Of a stretch of 18,894 bases of DNA, positions 17,427 to 18,894 are shown in pieces; the stretch's first letter is position 1, and every line of letters starts with the position of its first letter. The notes beneath the pieces are model-generated. The model saw only the letters and a list, made by a program, of their open reading frames with translations, had not been told where the DNA came from and did not search any database. The position numbers and the translations under genes were made by a program. Source of the stretch: a bacterium (lineage in GTDB: Bacteria > Oederibacteriota > PGYV01 > Palsa-1178); assembly GCA_037138355.1 (NCBI GenBank), contig JBAXIL010000035.1:1-18894 (forward strand), in the 5' to 3' direction.

Positions 17427-18005
17427 TTACATAAGATCCAAAATGTCTTTCTCAAATGTTTCTTCTGGTCTGTAACCTACATATTCTCTTACTATATAAC
17501 CTTCCTTATCTATAACAAAGGTAGTTGGAATACCGCGAATACCCCCATAGTTGGTGGTTGTGTTTTGGCCGGCAATACATACAGAATAGTTTATGCCGTA
17601 ATTTTTTGCAAATGATTTAACTTTATTTAAATCATCAACTGCAGCTCCAATCATAATCACACCGCTTTTAACATATTTATTATGTAATGCTATAAAACCA
17701 GGAATTTCCGCCTTGCAAGGAGGGCACCATGTAGCCCAAAAATCAAGTATAACAATTTTGCCTTTAAAATTTGAAAGAGTAATTGTCCCACCTTGTAAGT
17801 CAGGAAGGGAAAAATCAGGTGCTTTCATGGCATCTGCTGCTCTTTTAGTTTTTGTACCATAGTTAGTTAACATAGCAGCATCTTGAGTGTTTGAAGCTAA
17901 AGCTGGGGCAGGATTTGCATTAGATTTTTTTTCTGGACAACCTATAAATAACCCAGCGATTAATACTGTCAAAGCTAATAAAAAAAGTTTTTTCAATTCC
18001 TTCAC
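17427..18005 (-). CDS. TlpA/ResA-family thiol-disulfide oxidoreductase, probable lipoprotein, GTG start
   Basis: APDFSLPDLQG, ILDFWATWCPPCKAEIP and GIPTTFVID (cis-Pro loop) motifs. A basic-then-hydrophobic N-terminus ends in FIGC, which is lipobox-like. GTGA overlap with the ccdA stop. Confidence 0.9.
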   Translation of the reverse strand: MKELKKLFLLALTVLIAGLFIGCPEKKSNANPAPALASNTQDAAMLTNYGTKTKRAADAMKAPDFSLPDLQGGTITLSNFKGKIVILDFWATWCPPCKAEIPGFIALHNKYVKSGVIMIGAAVDDLNKVKSFAKNYGINYSVCIAGQNTTTNYGGIRGIPTTFVIDKEGYIVREYVGYRPEETFEKDILDLM

Positions 18006-18742
18006 CTCGAGAATTTATTTAAAGAACTAAGTGCACCAGCAATAACAGTCAATCCACCTGTAATCATTAAAATGCCTATGACAACAAGAAGCAGTCCTGC
18101 AATCCATTCTATTATATTAAGATATTTTTTTATTTTGTCAAACAATTTAAAAAACAGAGTTATAGAGTAGGCAGTTATCATAAAGGGTATTCCTAAGCCA
18201 AGTGAATACACAATCAAAAGTTGAATACCTTTCCAGACAGTATGTTGGGCTGCTGCAATTGCAAGTATGCCGGCAAGTATTGGACCTATGCATGGTGTCC
18301 AACCGAAAGCAAAAGCGAGTCCTATTACAAAAGAACCAAATACATTAACTGGTTTGGTGTTTGTTTGAAAGCGTTTTTCACTATAAAGGGCAGCTATTTT
18401 AAAAACACCCATAGTATGAAGTCCTATTATGATTATTACCACACCTGCAATTATTGAAACTGGACGCAGGTATTTAAGCATAAGTTTGCTAATGGCAGTA
18501 GCCGAGGCTCCAAGAAGAATAAAGACCACAGAAAAACCAATGACAAAGGCAATAGAATTAAGAAGTACTTTTTTTCTTACTTTTTTTATGTCGGTAGTGC
18601 TGGAGAGTTCTTGTAGTGAGGCTCCGGATATGAAAGAAATATAGCCAGGGATAAGAGGTAGCACGCAGGGTGAAAGAAATGACAACAAGCCCGCGACAAA
18701 CGCTGTGAGTAGTGAGACATTTGTTGAAAAACTACCTTCCAT
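18002..18742 (-). CDS. ccdA: CcdA / DsbD-transmembrane-domain family protein; start corrected from 18754 to 18742
   Basis: AGLLSFLSPCVLPLIPGY and FAFGWTPCIGPIL redox-Cys motifs with about six hydrophobic segments. The ATG at 18742 is preceded by GGAGG (18752-18748). Confidence 0.92.
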   Translation of the reverse strand: MEGSFSTNVSLLTAFVAGLLSFLSPCVLPLIPGYISFISGASLQELSSTTDIKKVRKKVLLNSIAFVIGFSVVFILLGASATAISKLMLKYLRPVSIIAGVVIIIIGLHTMGVFKIAALYSEKRFQTNTKPVNVFGSFVIGLAFAFGWTPCIGPILAGILAIAAAQHTVWKGIQLLIVYSLGLGIPFMITAYSITLFFKLFDKIKKYLNIIEWIAGLLLVVIGILMITGGLTVIAGALSSLNKFSR

Positions 18743-18769
18743 AAAAACCTCCAATATGAACTTCTAAAC

Positions 18770-18798
18770 ATTTTAAGCATTATTTAATGTTGTGTCAA
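18770..18798 (-). promoter_or_regulatory. Sigma70-type promoter for ccdA-tlpA
   Basis: The minus strand reads TTGACA (18798-18793), a 17 bp spacer, then TAAAAT (18775-18770), just upstream of the ccdA SD. Confidence 0.72.
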
Positions 18799-18894
18799 TA
18801 TGTGTTTAAGGGGGATTACGACAATCCAATAAATACGCCTTTATTCCATAACTGACTTTATGCTTGATTAATTTACTCCTTTCTATTAAACTAT

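Noticed and set aside
18221..18780. ORFs 18221-18457(+), 18429-18644(+) and 18586-18780(-)
   Set aside because: They are antisense or out-of-frame shadows of ccdA.
18807..18894. Weak hairpin GGATT-ACGAC-AATCC (18813-18827), an SD-like AGAAAGGAG on the minus strand, and a short open minus-strand frame entering from the window edge
   Set aside because: The stem is too short and lacks a U-tract, no start codon lies at SD distance, and the partial frame is too short to call without flanking sequence.
1..18894. CRISPR arrays, tRNA/rRNA genes, IS elements, introns/inteins, recoding or an alternative genetic code
   Set aside because: There are no spaced direct repeats or unexplained gaps. All conserved genes are intact and near normal length under the standard bacterial code, with TAA, TAG and TGA all acting as stops.

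Overview
This is an AT-rich bacterial core-genome window. Bases 1-15327 hold the 3' end of tuf followed by a complete, uninterrupted S10-spc-alpha superoperon on the + strand: rpsJ rplC rplD rplW rplB rpsS rplV rpsC rplP rpmC rpsQ rplN rplX rplE rpsN(Z) rpsH rplF rplR rpsE rpmD rplO secY adk map infA rpmJ rpsM rpsK rpsD rpoA rplQ. The ORF track misses rpmD and rpmJ and overextends the starts of rplN, rpsH and ccdA. A class II fructose-bisphosphate aldolase follows rplQ with no visible terminator between them, and a strong intrinsic terminator follows the aldolase. Beyond it, a tocopherol-cyclase-like gene with its own sigma70-type promoter converges tail-to-tail on a minus-strand ccdA-tlpA thiol-redox pair. 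I found no mobile element, CRISPR array, RNA gene or clearly novel system. The most worthwhile observations are modest: a 3-residue insertion in the uL22 exit-tunnel hairpin, fba appended to the ribosomal operon, the orphan cyclase-like gene, a possible shared motif at the two accessory promoters, TTG starts on several r-protein genes, and cysteine-rich metal-binding forms of several proteins.
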